From Octopus vulgaris (taxonomy: Eukaryota), in NCBI GenBank assembly GCA_951406725.2, contig OX597826.1, positions 82,832,001 through 82,896,000 on the forward strand: a stretch of 64,000 nucleotides of DNA, in the 5' to 3' direction. Below, in pieces: positions 39,049 through 52,661 of this stretch. The notes below the pieces were generated by a model. It was not told where the DNA came from. It worked only from the letters and a program-made list of their open reading frames with translations, and ran no database searches. Every line of letters begins with the position of its first letter. The first letter of the stretch is position 1. Position numbers and translations under genes: made by a program.

Positions 39049-41417
39049 TTTTGGGGGCGATTATCTGTTCATTTGTTGTTTCGTCTTCGTAGGTGAATAT
39101 GGCTGAAACATGTCCGGGGTCGGTTTTTCTACGTAACAGTGTCTTGTGTGAGCGTGGATAGCGGTAATTTCACTCTGATTTTCAAGTGAAGAATAACTAA
39201 TAAATCTTAAGCAAGTTCCTGCACTGCATCGGTCACTTGCATCACTTCTGATGGACCTTTATGAGTGTGATATCTACTAAATGATAAACACAGTTAAATA
39301 TTTTCTCCACATCCAAGTAAACTAATTCTTTACCTTAGATCTTTACATAATTCTTTATAAAAGATCTCGTTCTTATTCTCTACAGAGAAGCTTTGGGTCA
39401 TTATTTGCGAATGCGGATAATATTAATATAACGTTTCGAATTTATGGGGTTGGTATTATCGATTCTTTCATCCTGATGGCTTGAGTGCTACTCTATTTTA
39501 TGGAAACCCGGAAGGATGAAAGGCAAAGTCAACTTCAACAGGTTTATAACTCATTATACATGTAACACTGAATCCGGTATATCTAATGTTATTCATAAGA
39601 TTTATTCCCGTCATCATACTTTTTTATTAAATTTTGTCTTTAACATCAGTTAATTGATTGTTAGTTGTTTTTTTTATTATTATCCCCCCCCCCCTCTGTC
39701 TCGCACCAATGAATGTTTTTGCCTAAAACTATTAGCCTTCCCCTTTTTCCTCACAAAAACGAATAAAGCTCCTTTTTAAGTCACTCAAAAAGCTGCTTTC
39801 CTTGTTGTCATGTGACTCCGATCAATTCAACAATTACTCATTTTTTTCCAGCTGAGTTTACTTGAGCAAAAACACATTGCTCGGTCCAGGAATCGAAGCA
39901 ATGACTTCTATGATCCTGATTTCAACACACTAACCAATATGCCAGGAGCTTTCACTTCTTCCTCGGAGTATACAATTTATTCACTGATGTAACTTCCCCC
40001 TGGTTCTACCTGCTTTAGGATGTATATTTTATACATTAGCTGTTTCCTTATTCAGGAACTATTCAACATTTGGCACGCACCATTTGGCATTTCGTTACGT
40101 TGTTTTACGGCCTTCCTGAAGAGTTCAAATCCCACGCAGTTGGACTTTCTCTTTCTTCTTACCATAATGGATGAAAAGTTTGTGGATAAAGATATTATCA
40201 AATAGGAACACTGTAATCCACTCTATTTGAAAAGGAGATTTTGTGATATGGCCATTGGCCAAGGATGAAAACTAGTCGCAGAAAAGAAAAGACATCACCT
40301 ACAGCTGGATTATTTATTGCCTAATATTTTCCATGTTGTCATATGCATAAAAAAAACAAATAGTTGAATGGACACTAACAGGATTAAGAGAGTCATTCCA
40401 CTCCTAAAGGATTTTATTTAAGCAGAGAAATTTCTACAATAATTATTTTAATTTTCTAAAGTGGTAAATGCTTTACGATAAAAACTGTATATTTTGTATG
40501 TCATTCTAATGGTAAGCACCGCGAAATATATGCTTCATTGAGGAAATCTAAAAAAGCCGTAATATGTCCAAAGTTTTCATTGTACAAAATTCAGATTCAT
40601 TCTTCCTGAATTGTCTGAATTAAATTTCTTGACAACAAATTAATCATTAAAGGTAATGCAATATCTCTTCTTCTCACGTCTAATAAATAAATCAATTGGT
40701 TTAATACATTTAACATGCGAATGCTATATCACTTCTTACCATTTTTATGATGCTACGTTCGCTCTTCTATATAATTCCGTTTATCTCGTCTCTAGTATAT
40801 ATTTTTAATCTTTTCATGACTGCACATCATCGTTTATCTACTTAACACGATCAATAAGTATTCATACTGGAATTCTTATTCCATTTTATAAATTCTCTAT
40901 GGCTAACTATAATTCCAAGAGACTTTTACCATTTTTTCATGCGATCAGTGATTTTTCTTAATCAAGTGTTCTTTCCAGTATTTACTGAATCTGTGAACTA
41001 CTTTTAGCAAATTTCTCTGCCTTTTTTTTGTTTTTCTTTTTTGTTTTGTATTCTTCGTATATTGGCGATAGTCGATTTCCTCTCCAATACATTGGCAATA
41101 ATGCATAACTTCGTCCAAGAAAATATTTTGTAGTGTTCGAATGATGTCGAGAAGAAATATGAAAAAGTTATCTCGTAGAATGATGCAGTTACTATTAAAT
41201 TTTCATAATAAAGAAAGTTTTATTATTAAATAAAGAATAATTAAATTTATATTTTTCAGTTTCGGAAATATTTCAAGTGTTTCGCATCTTCAAATGAATT
41301 AACCAAAGCTTAGAAAACATGCGAACGTTGAAGGCTAAAAATGTTGTGTGGGGAAGCACCATCAATGTTAACAGAATCAAATACAGCCATTTGCTAGAAC
41401 ATATCTACGTCTCTTTC

Positions 41418-41515
41418 CAAAGTCGATAAATTAAGTACCAGTTACATACTGGGGGTGATCTAATCGACTGGCCCCCTCCTCAAAAATTTCGGGCCTTATG
41501 CCTAGACTAGAAAAG
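41418..41515 (+). mobile_element. SINE family A, 3' half
   Basis: gtcgataaattaagtaccag...gcctagactagaaaag. Confidence 0.85.
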
Positions 41516-41611
41516 AAAAAAGAAAGAAAAAGAGAACATATCTATGTCTGTCTTGATCTTTAGGTTTATGTTTATGCAACATCAGAGCTGCATCAACAGC
41601 GAATTAAATAT

Positions 41612-41821
41612 TGGTTTCAAATTTCTGCACAAGGAGCAATTTCGGGGGAGTGGGTAATTCGATTACATCGACCCCGGCACTAAACTGGTACTTATTTTAT
41701 CGACCCCGAGAGGATGAAAAGCAAAGTCGGCCTCTTCGGTATTTGAACTCAGTATAAAGACAAACGAAGTGCCGTCAAGAATTTTGCCCGGCGCGGTAAC
41801 GATTCTGCCAGCCCGCAGCCT
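41612..41821 (-). mobile_element. SINE family A, full length
   Basis: ggtttcaaatttctgcacaagg...ttctgccagcccgcagcct. Confidence 0.88.
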
Positions 41822-41882
41822 TAGTTCAGCAAATAGGAGGAAGGATATAAACTTTGTGTTTAAGCATAAATGAACATATACA

Positions 41883-41922
<40 letters not shown>

Positions 41923-41982
41923 TAAACCCTGCATAAGTGAGTGATTCTCTGCAGAGAATCACTTATGCAGTATGTATGTATG

Positions 41983-42015
<33 letters not shown>

Positions 42016-42033
42016 TAGTGTACATTTAAGCAC

Positions 42034-42249
42034 AAAAGAGGTGATCCTAAACAGGTTGCCTAACATTAAAGAACATTAAAATTCCAAGCCACAGATCGAA
42101 ATTAAAGTTCGAAACCTGAGGTCCGGATGTATAACATGGTAGATGTTTCTATTTTTCATCCCCTTCGAATTTGCTCTTAACTGCCCTTAACTGCTCTTTT
42201 GACTGCTCTTTTTAGTATGTTAGGCAACCTGTTAAGGATCGCTTCTTTT
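42034..42249. mobile_element. Short element with 33-bp inverted ends (MITE-like or fold-back relic)
   Basis: Arms 42034-42066 and 42217-42249, 3 mismatches; no clear TSD. Confidence 0.55.
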
Positions 42250-42330
42250 TATATGAAAAATATGTCTATTGACTTTGTATACATACTAGGCCACTGGTAG
42301 AAGAAAATTTCTATAATTTTTCCTACCCTA

Positions 42331-42391
<61 letters not shown>

Positions 42392-42936
42392 TGCATAAGT
42401 GTGTTTATACAGATACTCACACACACACATATGTTGGCTGCATGCATATTTCCTTTCTTCAATTTATATTTGGCGTTATATGATTCAGTTTGAATATTTA
42501 ATAGACATTCACAGAATTCATAACAGAAACTATACACAAGGGAGTTTCTGTGTACAGTTTCTTGTGTGAATATATATATTTGCTTATGTCTACCTACGTC
42601 CGTATTTGTTTTTGTTCGTGTCGAACTACGTGTGTTAATCTCTCTGTCTGTGCGAGCGTGTGTGTCTGGTGTGAGTCTCTTTTTAATCTTGGGGCGACAA
42701 GATGGCAGAAGAAGATTGGAAAAATATATATAAAAATAATTATTTTTATCAGGACTGATACTTATTATTGTTCTTATGTCTTCGCAAATAAAGCAGGCAT
42801 CTAGCAATGAAGAGATTCACCACAATGTATGTATGTATGTATGTATGTATATATGTTTGTATGTATGTATGTGTGTATGTACGTATGCATGCGTGTATGT
42901 ATGTATGTGTGTATGTATAAATGTATGTATGTATGT

Positions 42937-43797
42937 ATGTATGTATGTTTCTATGTATGTATGTATGTATGTATGTTTATACAGCCTTGATACAGCCTTA
43001 AGCCTTAAGAGAAAAAAATACACATTTAACGGATGACCGTTGACGATCCGCCCTTTGACGGGTTTTGTTTTTCATCCCGCAGGGTGTCCAATAAACACCC
43101 TCCTCACCAAGCGAGCTTGGTGGGGTTGCCGGTTTAGTCACCGACGGCCCAACCATGCAACAGGTTGTACTGGGTTACATGTCACCAGTAGCAATCAGAA
43201 AGTGACCTGTATCATGCGCGGGGACATAGAAATAATCGAACTGAATACCCGATCGCGCGGTTAAACCATTGGGAGTGAAGGACTCCTAGCCTTTGTTAGG
43301 ACATTCTTTTGGAGAAGGTAACTCAGGTAACTAGGATAACTCCGACATAAAACCTGCGGCCCAGTGGTTACTGATGATGTTGACTTGTTCTTCTTTTCGG
43401 ATTATGGCTGTTGTTGCTTAGTGAGTGAGAATAACATTGTTCATGATTGTTGATGATGCTGTGAATCTCAACTGAATGGCTGGCTGTAGCCTTAAAAGGC
43501 AAATAAAAGGTATTTAGCCAAGGCATTATATAATCAGCAACACAATGCACATATATGTGTGTGTGTGCGTGCGCGCGGGAGTGCAGCTATATATATATAT
43601 ATATATACATATATATATTTGCATAGTTATATATATATGTGTGTACATATATATGCACATATGTATATATATGTATGTATATATGCATATATATTTACGT
43701 GTGTGCATATATTAGCAATGATTATAATGATGTAAAATATGGAGACTGGTTCATCCCCAGAATTTATTTCTATAATTTTTCCTACCCATATTTTAAT

Positions 43798-43839
<42 letters not shown>

Positions 43840-44523
43840 GATGCAACTGGGTATAATTTTTTCTGCAGTTTCATTCAAGGTCTTAAAACCAGCTTGGCTC
43901 TAGGCGAACTGAATTCAGTTGGTTGTTTATTGGTTACGTTTCAAGGAGAAGTGAGGGAAGGTTGTTTTGAATCAGAAATTTGATCTTTTGGTAAATTTCT
44001 GTTTCAACTTGATTTCCCGCCAGTTGCTGGCCGAAGTCAGGTTTCTGTCTAATTAGGTCAAAGTTTATGTTAGTCTCCTGGCGGGCTTCTTTATCAATCG
44101 TAGAAGATGGAGTTCTAGTAATGTATTTCATTTTAAGGTTGTTCAGTTCCATGCTATGTTCTTATTTTCGTGGCTGTATATTTATTATTCTGGGTAATAG
44201 AAAAGAAAAGGAACATATACCAGGTTGGTTAAGAAAAGGCCATGTATTCGGAGGTTTTTAGGGCTTTTATCTTTGCCTTCCCACCCATCTGTAGGTCTAG
44301 AACGTGTGTTAAATTGATTAAAAGTTTTGTTATGTTTATGCAAGCGTCTTAAGGCCTGTCCCAGCCTGATGTTATAGAATTTGTATCTTGATGTAAAGAG
44401 TTGGCATATTATGTATGTATGTTTCTATGTATGTATGTATGTATGTATGTTTATACAGCCTTGATATCAGCCTTAAGCCTGTGGTAAAAAAATACACATT
44501 TAACGGATGACCGTTGACGATCC
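42937..44523. repeat. 113-bp direct repeats (42937-43049 and 44411-44523) flanking about 1.36 kb
   Basis: ..tttatacagccttgata..aaaatacacatttaacggatgaccgttgacgatcc in both. Confidence 0.9.
43050..43380 (+). mobile_element. GC-rich structured segment, probable RTE-like LINE 5' UTR
   Basis: Serial hairpins (agggtgt/acaccct; cctcaccaagc/gcttggtgggg) and a ggagaaggtaactc motif resembling RTE 5' UTRs; family assignment from recall only. Confidence 0.4.
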
Positions 44524-45069
44524 TGCTTAAGCTTTTGATCAGCTTTTTTATTCCTAAATGAATTTAAATGATCTGCTAGTGGCTTTTAAAAGCATTTTAG
44601 TGTGCTGCCCCCCTATATGGAAGTACGTCCTTCACTCAGAAGTGATATTGCATCGATACATTAGGTTCTTGGACAAACATTTAGAGATTAAGGGATATAC
44701 TTTATTCCTAGCACGATCACAGAGACCTAATTGCTATTATCTATTGTGTAGTTCTTGCTATATGTCTCTTCATTTCTTTCGATCTACTATTTTCCTAAAC
44801 TTTACATCCATAGGTGCTTGTGGGCTTTATACCTATATAGATAGACAGACAGACAAACTGACAGATAGTCAGACAGATAGATAGATAAACAATTATATAG
44901 ATATAGATATAGTACTATACATTACATAAATATATATGATTAAACGCATATATGTGTGTATGTATGTGTCTGAGCGTAAAATATATTTCCATTTGCGCAT
45001 AGTATACATTTATTCAGTTACAAGTGTGTTCTTTAACTACACATATGGAGTATATGTTTAGTTTTCTGT

Positions 45070-45119
45070 GTATACATATACACATATGTATATGAATATA
45101 TATATATATATATACGTAC

Positions 45120-45180
<61 letters not shown>

Positions 45181-45263
45181 TATATATATATATGCATATT
45201 TATAATATGCACATATATACATATACATACATATATACATATACATATATATATATATATATA

Positions 45264-45303
<40 letters not shown>

Positions 45304-45336
45304 TATTTATAATATGCACATATATACATATACATA

Positions 45337-45403
<67 letters not shown>

Positions 45404-45405
45404 GT
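45070..45405. repeat. (TA)n-rich tract with duplicated gcatatttataatatgcaca unit
   Basis: Direct inspection. Confidence 0.93.
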
Positions 45406-46203
45406 ATAAACATACATTCAGACTAGTGTTTATATCTATATTCTCCGTAGATATTTAGTACTTTTGCATCTTGATTATATGTGTGTACTTTTCTGTGTCA
45501 TTTTCGTTTGTTTCTCTTTATATCCCTATATTTATGTCTACATGGCTGTATGTCTGCCAATCTATGTGTGTGTGTGTGTGTGTGCACAGAGGATGCTCTC
45601 GCATCGGTTGGTAACGATGTTAGCGGATCTGTCAACTTTTCAATATTATACATTGTCAATTCCCCATTCAACTGGATAGGTTCAAAGCTATATAAAACCT
45701 TATGATATCTATCTTTTGCAAATCTTCATATCTCCAACAAACCAAATCACGACATAGCCAAAATCTCGGCATTTATTTGTATTATTTTCTCTTCTATTTT
45801 TTTAACATTTTATCATTTTTAACATTTTATCATTTATCGTATTTCACATAAGAAAAATATAAAGTTGAAGAGACATAATTCTTAAACATTTGTTTTGATA
45901 TTTCTTACATTTTAAAGTTTTACTTTTTTTTTCTAAAAGTTGAAATCCACCAACACTTGGTTGATAGATTTCGATGTCAAACGGGTAAAATATTTGTTGA
46001 ACTCTCTGTGCATCAATCGAAAGTTTAAAATAAATCTGGTATCAGATAGTGACTGTCAAAGACAAACAGTACTTCTGTTAGGCGCCAGCATTCAGGCTAT
46101 CTTATTAAGAAATTTGCTTTACAACCAAGTGTTTATTGGAGTTCCAATTCTCTCACATTTATGAACGTCTGGTGTGCATGTGTGTGTGTGTATGTGTGTA
46201 TGT

Positions 46204-46237
<34 letters not shown>

Positions 46238-46649
46238 ATTTCAACAATGCTTGCTGGTGAAAAGGTAAAAACTTCAGATTCTATAATTAAATGATAGATA
46301 CATTGAAAACAATAACAAATGGCGGTGCCCCAGCATGGCCACAGCTCATTAGCTGAAACTGGAAAAATCAAAAATCAAAATAAACCGGTTCCTTATGAAG
46401 TAAAGCCTCTCCAAATCGATTCCCGCTGCTCCGAGTTTGTAACGCTAACCTGTCCCCTGCCCCGTTATAAACGCAATGAACTTCACAGTGGTCTGTTGGA
46501 AACCTGTAACCAACGGCACCATTCATTGCTAACATTATTCTTTTATCCCAGTTGCTTCCTCTATTTACTCAACAGCGTTCGTGCGTTTACCCTCTGTAAA
46601 AATTAACACCGTTTAATTTCACATGTTAAACTTCTTTTAAGATAAATAA

Positions 46650-47160
46650 TAAAGATCCTTCCTGAGTTATATAGACTCATATAACCAGTTTCCTGGTTTC
46701 CCCGTTTCCCCGTTTCCCGTTTCCCCGTTTCCCCGTTTCTCGGTTTTCCTGTTTCCCCGTTGCCCCGTTTCTCCTCTTCCCAGTTTCCCCGTTTCCCGGT
46801 TTTCCCGTTTCCCCGTTTCCCTATTTTTCCGTTTCTCTATTTCTCTTTTTCTATGCCTCCCCGGTTTCCAGGCTTCCCCGTTTCTTCATTTCTCGGTTCC
46901 CCGGTCTTCCCGTCTTCCCGTATCCCGGTTTCCCGTTTCCCTCTTCCTCCGTTCCCCCGTTTCCATGGCGTATATATTTCCCACCTAGACAGGACGCTTG
47001 TCCGTCTCAAAATTACTCATTTTTGCCACCAGGGTGAACTGGAGCAACGTGGAACGCAGGGTTTTCCTCGAGATCAAAACGCATTGTCCGTTTCAGGAAT
47101 TAAAACCCCGATTCTACGATCATGAGTCCAACACTCTAACCATTAAACCACGCACCGCCA
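46650..47160 (-). mobile_element. tRNA-derived SINE family C with internal (TTTCCCCG)n expansion at 46686-46964
   Basis: Reverse head gtgcgtggtttaatggttagagtgttggactcatgatcg; gtgaactggagcaacgtg core shared with 63459-63760. Confidence 0.78.
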
Positions 47161-47349
47161 CTTAACTCCATTCAACCTCGTAATATTTGATTTAATTACC
47201 TTCCTCATCCTACACCGTTGTAATTTGGTTGACGACCATTCAGATTCAGTTTTATACATTTCGTGAATTTCCAATCTTAGAAAAGCATATGGGAACTGCA
47301 TATGGAAAAAACGTTTAAAATTGAATGCATTAAACATTGACACATGGAT

Positions 47350-47384
<35 letters not shown>

Positions 47385-47524
47385 CCGTATTTACTTTCAT
47401 AAATAGATTTATTTCATTATTTATTTTCGACTTTTCCAAAATGCAGTCACATACATATGCACACATAGACTCAAAAACGCACTCATAGACACACTTATAT
47501 ATATATACATACACATAGATACGC

Positions 47525-47587
47525 ACATACATACATACATACATACATACATACATACATACATACATACATACAAGCGGATAGACG

Positions 47588-47646
<59 letters not shown>

Positions 47647-47712
47647 GGATAGATAAAGAGAGAGAGAGGGAGAGAGAGAGAGAAAGAGAGATATACAGAC
47701 AGACAGACAGAC
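47525..47712. repeat. (ATAC)n/(GATA)n/(GA)n cluster
   Basis: Direct inspection. Confidence 0.95.
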
Positions 47713-47793
47713 AGATATGTGAATAAGAAAGGAAAGAATTTCATATAGTATAAAGTATCTAAGAATTTTCCTCTTTGTTTTTACACAAAATAT

Positions 47794-48228
47794 TGGTTTC
47801 AAATCTTGGCACAAGGCCAGCAATTTCAAAGGGAAGTGGTAAGTCGATTACATCGATAAAATAACTGGTATTTATTTTATAGATCTCTAAAAGATGAAAG
47901 GCAAGGTCGTCTTCTATGGCCTTTGAATTCGTAACGTAAAGCAGGACGAAATACCGCTAAGCATTTTGCCTTTTGTGTTAACTATTCTGTCAGCTCACCA
48001 CCTTGCACAAAATACTCTTTTCTACTCAAGGTTCAAAGCCCGAAATTTTTGGGGAGGGGGCCAGTTAATTAGATCAACTCCAGTATGCAACTGGTACTTA
48101 ATTTATTGACCCCGAAAGGATAAAATGCAAAGTCGACCTCGGCGGAATTTGAAATCAGAACGTAAAGACAGACGAAATACCACCAAGCATTTCGCCCGGC
48201 GTGCTAACGCTTCTGCCAGCTCGCCGCT
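47794..48228 (-). mobile_element. Two tandem SINE family A copies (47794-48003 and 48015-48228)
   Basis: Both carry the full consensus from tail to aggcggtgagctg/gcggcgagctgg head. Confidence 0.9.
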
Positions 48229-48763
48229 CTGCACAGAATATTGACGAAAGAGAAACGCACCAAAAGCTAGAATATGGCCCAGAATCAGTTTGATTTCTAT
48301 TTTTAATAGTCAAGTTTGTTTATGCATTTACGCCTGAATTATTTCGAACACTGAAGTGATGTTTAAGTCAGGAAACAGATGAAATGTGATGGAATATTAT
48401 TGAAAGGTAAAAATATTATGGATGACAGAACTAAAATTTTACAACAGAAATCGAAAAACACGGACAAAATGCCATGGGATTTATTTGATGTTGTATATGA
48501 CGGTTAATGTAGACTGCGTTGAGAAACAACTGAACCGCCAAAGTGGAAAGGAAAATGATTATGAAGACACACATATAACTAATCAGAAATAGAAGGAAGA
48601 ATAGTTCCCGACTGTTGCTCCCTTTTTTTTATATACAGTTTGATCCTCTTTTTTACAGCATCAGTTCTCAACAAGTATGACCTCGCTTAGCGAACTTTCT
48701 ATCGTTTAACTTGTACTTCTTTTAGTCATTAGAAAGCGGTCATGCCGAGATACCGCTTTGTAT

Positions 48764-48900
48764 AGTTTCAAATTTTGGCACAAGGCCAGGGTAGGGAATT
48801 GGTCGATTACATTGGCCCCAGTATTGAACTGATACTTATTTCATCGACCGCAAAATGATGAAAGGAAAAGTTGACCTTGGCGGGATTTGAACTCAGAATA
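48764..48900 (-). mobile_element. SINE family A, 5'-truncated
   Basis: ttttggcacaaggccag..aaagttgaccttggcgggatttgaactcaga. Confidence 0.82.
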
Positions 48901-49529
48901 TAAAGAGAGACTGCAAAGGATTCCGTCAACTGGCAAGGATTTTAAATACTTTTGTAGAATAAAAGTATTTGGTGTCGGAATGAAATGGTGTTGTTGTAGT
49001 AGCGGGCCGTGAATTAAGTTTTGCTTTTTCGTGTTGGCGTAAATTGGTTTCGTAAACGAACAACATGAAGTTCAACCATTATGACAACAAATATTAAACG
49101 ATCTCTGACAATTATCCTCTCCTCACTGTTTACCTATAATCATTAAATGATACACAAAATGAAATTTAAAATTTAGACTTAAAACAAAATGTAAACAAAC
49201 AATAATAATAATAATAATAATAATAATAGTAACATCATATTTAACTTGCAACTGAAAATTTTCAAAATAAACACACATTCGCATACACAGAAGGAAGCTC
49301 ACTCAGACATACACATATTATTCGGGAAAATAAATACCTACATCTTAATTAGAAATAAATGTATGTATGTATATATGTATATATATGTATAATATATATA
49401 TATATAAATGTGTATGTATATATATATAGATATACACACACATATATATATACACACATATATATACACGCACTATATATATATATATATATATATATAT
49501 GTTTACGCACGTTTATGAGACATTGCGGA

Positions 49530-49790
49530 CAACGCCAAGTTCAATATTCTTATAGCAGACTTGGTGAAAGTGATGAGGAATGTGTCTCGCATGTGCGAGC
49601 CTATGGCATTGGAAAGACACGTACAACACTTCATCCTCCGCATCCAGTTCTCTGGCTACAACCAAAGGAACAGGATTAGAGTGTACAAAGGAGCCAGGGC
49701 TAAGTACAAAATCATCATAGAGAGTTATGCAAAGAGGATCTACCCGCTATACAGGAGTAAATCCAGAAGGAGCTCAAGACAAAAGCGAAC
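49530..49790 (+). mobile_element. Penelope-like element RT thumb/connection fragment
   Basis: AKFNILIADLVKVMRNVS..RIQFSGYNQRNR..IYPLYRSK; the RN.S, SGY and PLYR pattern resembles PLE RT C-terminal regions. Confidence 0.55.
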
Positions 49791-50650
49791 CCACATAAAC
49801 ACACAAACACACATGCGGTAACTTCAGAGACGGCCGCGACAACATCAACAACACGACTAAAAACGACAACAGCGACGGCGGTAACAATAATGGCAACAAC
49901 AACAACTACTACCACGATGGCAGCAGTGAAGGCAAACACAAACACAGTGGGCTACCAGAACGGTACAAAAGGTCGGGTTCTAGGGCAGCAGGTTGGGGAC
50001 GGGACTGGGGGGAGGGTCATAGTGCTACCAATAACAATGACACACATATACACACACACAGACACATGCGCATAAAAGGATGCACGTCATAGAAAAACGG
50101 GATGGAATAAGCAGAGCAAGAGCACACACGAAGACAGAAAGTGTCGACGAGGAGGTCACATGTGTGTGACGAAACACTTCCGGACAATGGACATGAGTTA
50201 GAATAAGAACTGTAATAAATGAGTGAATAATGAAGAAATAGTGCGTGTGTTTATTTGGCAAAAAATGACCATTCCCCGATTCAACAATATACATACACAC
50301 ACACAAACACACGCATATATACATATATACGACGGGCTTCTTTCAGTTTCCGTCTGCCAAATCCACTCAGAAGGCTTTGGTCGGCCCGAGGCTATATGCA
50401 CGTATATTCATATATGTGTGCATGTGTGTATGTGTACATGTGTATATGTATGAGTAAATATGTGTATGTATATGTGTAGGTGTGTGTGTGTGTACACGTA
50501 TATACATGTATAAATATATATATATTTAATATACATATACATACATACATACATACATATATATATATATGTATATATATTAGACGTCACATATATTGGA
50601 GTTTCTTGCATATGTTTAAAAGTCTAATTGGTGACCACTGTTGTTTATAT

Positions 50651-50713
50651 TCCTCCTGATAAGATTGATGCATTGCTCCACATTATTCATCCTGTCGAAA
50701 CATATGTCGATGA
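50651..50713 (+). ncRNA. Degenerate type I hammerhead
   Basis: tcctc-CTGATAA-ga..tc-GAAA-catatg-TC-gatga. Confidence 0.5.
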
Positions 50714-50929
50714 TCTGAAGATATAAATTATTTAATAACAACTTGATTATTTGTTTCCAGTTTCAATTCTTCCTATGTTTCCAAAATACGTCTCGCTCCT
50801 CCCGCACTTGACTCTCACACAAGTGTGATCACTGATTCCTAGGACTCTTATGCGACATCTGGCAACCCTGGAATTATTCCCCTGGATCTTTCCTATTAAT
50901 TTAACATTCACACGTATATATATATACGT

Positions 50930-52330
50930 TCTTGAGTTCTTGACAACTTTAGTACCTCTTAGAACGTTCTAACCAGCTGAGTTTTTTTAATGCCTTTTTG
51001 ACCAATCCGCATGCTCTTAAACATTACGGTTTGCCAGGCCTACCGATATTCTGTAACTTCTTTATATTTAATAATCCACATCATTAATTGGTTGTCATAT
51101 TATTGCTGTTATTTTAATGGTAATTAAAAACAACACCACAATCACAACTAATACTGTTTTTACAAAAGCACCGATACACACCAGTACCTAAATATCAAAT
51201 CATGCCACCCAACACACACAAAAAGCAACATCCCGTACTGTCTAGCCAGGAAAATTTGTACTACAGTCGATGATCCAAATACCAGAAACAAGCGACTTAT
51301 AGAACTCAAAGGATTTCTGCTCAAGCAAAATTATTGTCTCCTACTTAAAGAAAATAGCATAGAACGAGCAAAGGAGATACCTGTACAACTTAGGGCAACA
51401 GGAAAAAGACGAACCCATCAAAGGAACACAACACCATTTCTAGGAAACACACAATCCGCATCACCAAAACATTTTTAACATCATCAAAACAAATTTGCCA
51501 ATCACAAAACAAAATTAAAAATTGAGGAAACCATAATAACTAATCAAACGCTTATCTTAAGCAAAAGGCAACCACATAACCTAAAGAAACTATTAACAAA
51601 GGCAAAATTCAACATGAACAAACAGGATAAAACATTCACATATCCAAATGTAATGATAACAGATGTGGAACGTGTCAATCCATGCAAATGGGAAGATCCA
51701 TTAGAACAAGAAAGCACAAATCTTCGCAAATGCAGATATGAACTGCAAAAGCAGAAATTTGATCGACTGCATTAAATGCCCGAATTGCGAGGAATTTTAT
51801 ATAGGTGAGATAAGGAATGCATTATCGGAACGCTCACGAGAGCACAGACAACGAATACGGAACACCAATGTTCGACAAATTCCATTGAACGAACATATAG
51901 AGACATGAGGTCAGTCAATATTTCTAATTTCTCCTTTCCACAAACAACATGGCACAAGTGAGTTTGGAAGAAAGATAAAAGAAAAAAAACGGTTTATTAA
52001 AATGTTCAGATCTGTTCTAAACGGAAATGATAGCAATAACCAATTAATAATGTGGATTGATAAATAGAAACAACTTACAGAATATCGATACGCCTGGCAA
52101 ACCGTAATGTTTAAGAGCATGCAGATTGGTCAAAAAGGTATTCAAAGAATTCCACGTTCTAAGAGGTACTAAAATTGTGAAGAACTCAGCTGTCAGTTAA
52201 ACACTTGAAATCTGATGGGTACTCTAAGTACGAAAGCGCTAATTTAACTTTAGAAGTATTACAAAATAATTATTTTAATGCTAAAATGTTAAAATCCCAT
52301 AATATAAAACCTGAAAACCAGACCGCGTTC
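50930..52330 (+). mobile_element. Penelope-like element relic (GIY-YIG) with inverted pseudo-LTR
   Basis: KRQPHNLKKLLTKAKF, CNDNRCGTC, MNCKSRNLIDCIKCPNCEEFYIGE; about 50930-51110 is the reverse complement of about 52025-52190. Confidence 0.88.
52205..52247 (+). ncRNA. Minimal type I hammerhead ribozyme (Penelope pLTR type)
   Basis: aaat-CTGATGG-gtac-tctaa-gtac-GAAA-gcgc-TA-attt; one core change (A9 to G); palindromic stem III. Confidence 0.72.
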
Positions 52331-52346
52331 TAACTTTATTCAAATG

Positions 52347-52429
<83 letters not shown>

Positions 52430-52432
<3 letters not shown>

Positions 52433-52661
52433 AAAGAAATAAGGTACTCAGAAATCTGGATGGTTTTATATTTACATATTTTTATTAATATGTCACATGT
52501 TTTTATAAATCATATATTAGACTCTAGTGCAGTCTTCAGATTGAATCTGAAGACTCCATGGGAGTGGACGCAAGCGCTAATATATGATTTATAAAAACAT
52601 GTGACATATTAATAAAAATCTGTAAATATAAAACCATCCATATTTCTGAGTACCTTATTTC

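Noticed and set aside
43860-44400. Penelope N-terminal fragment on the minus strand
   Set aside because: Compositional hint only; no conserved motif recognised
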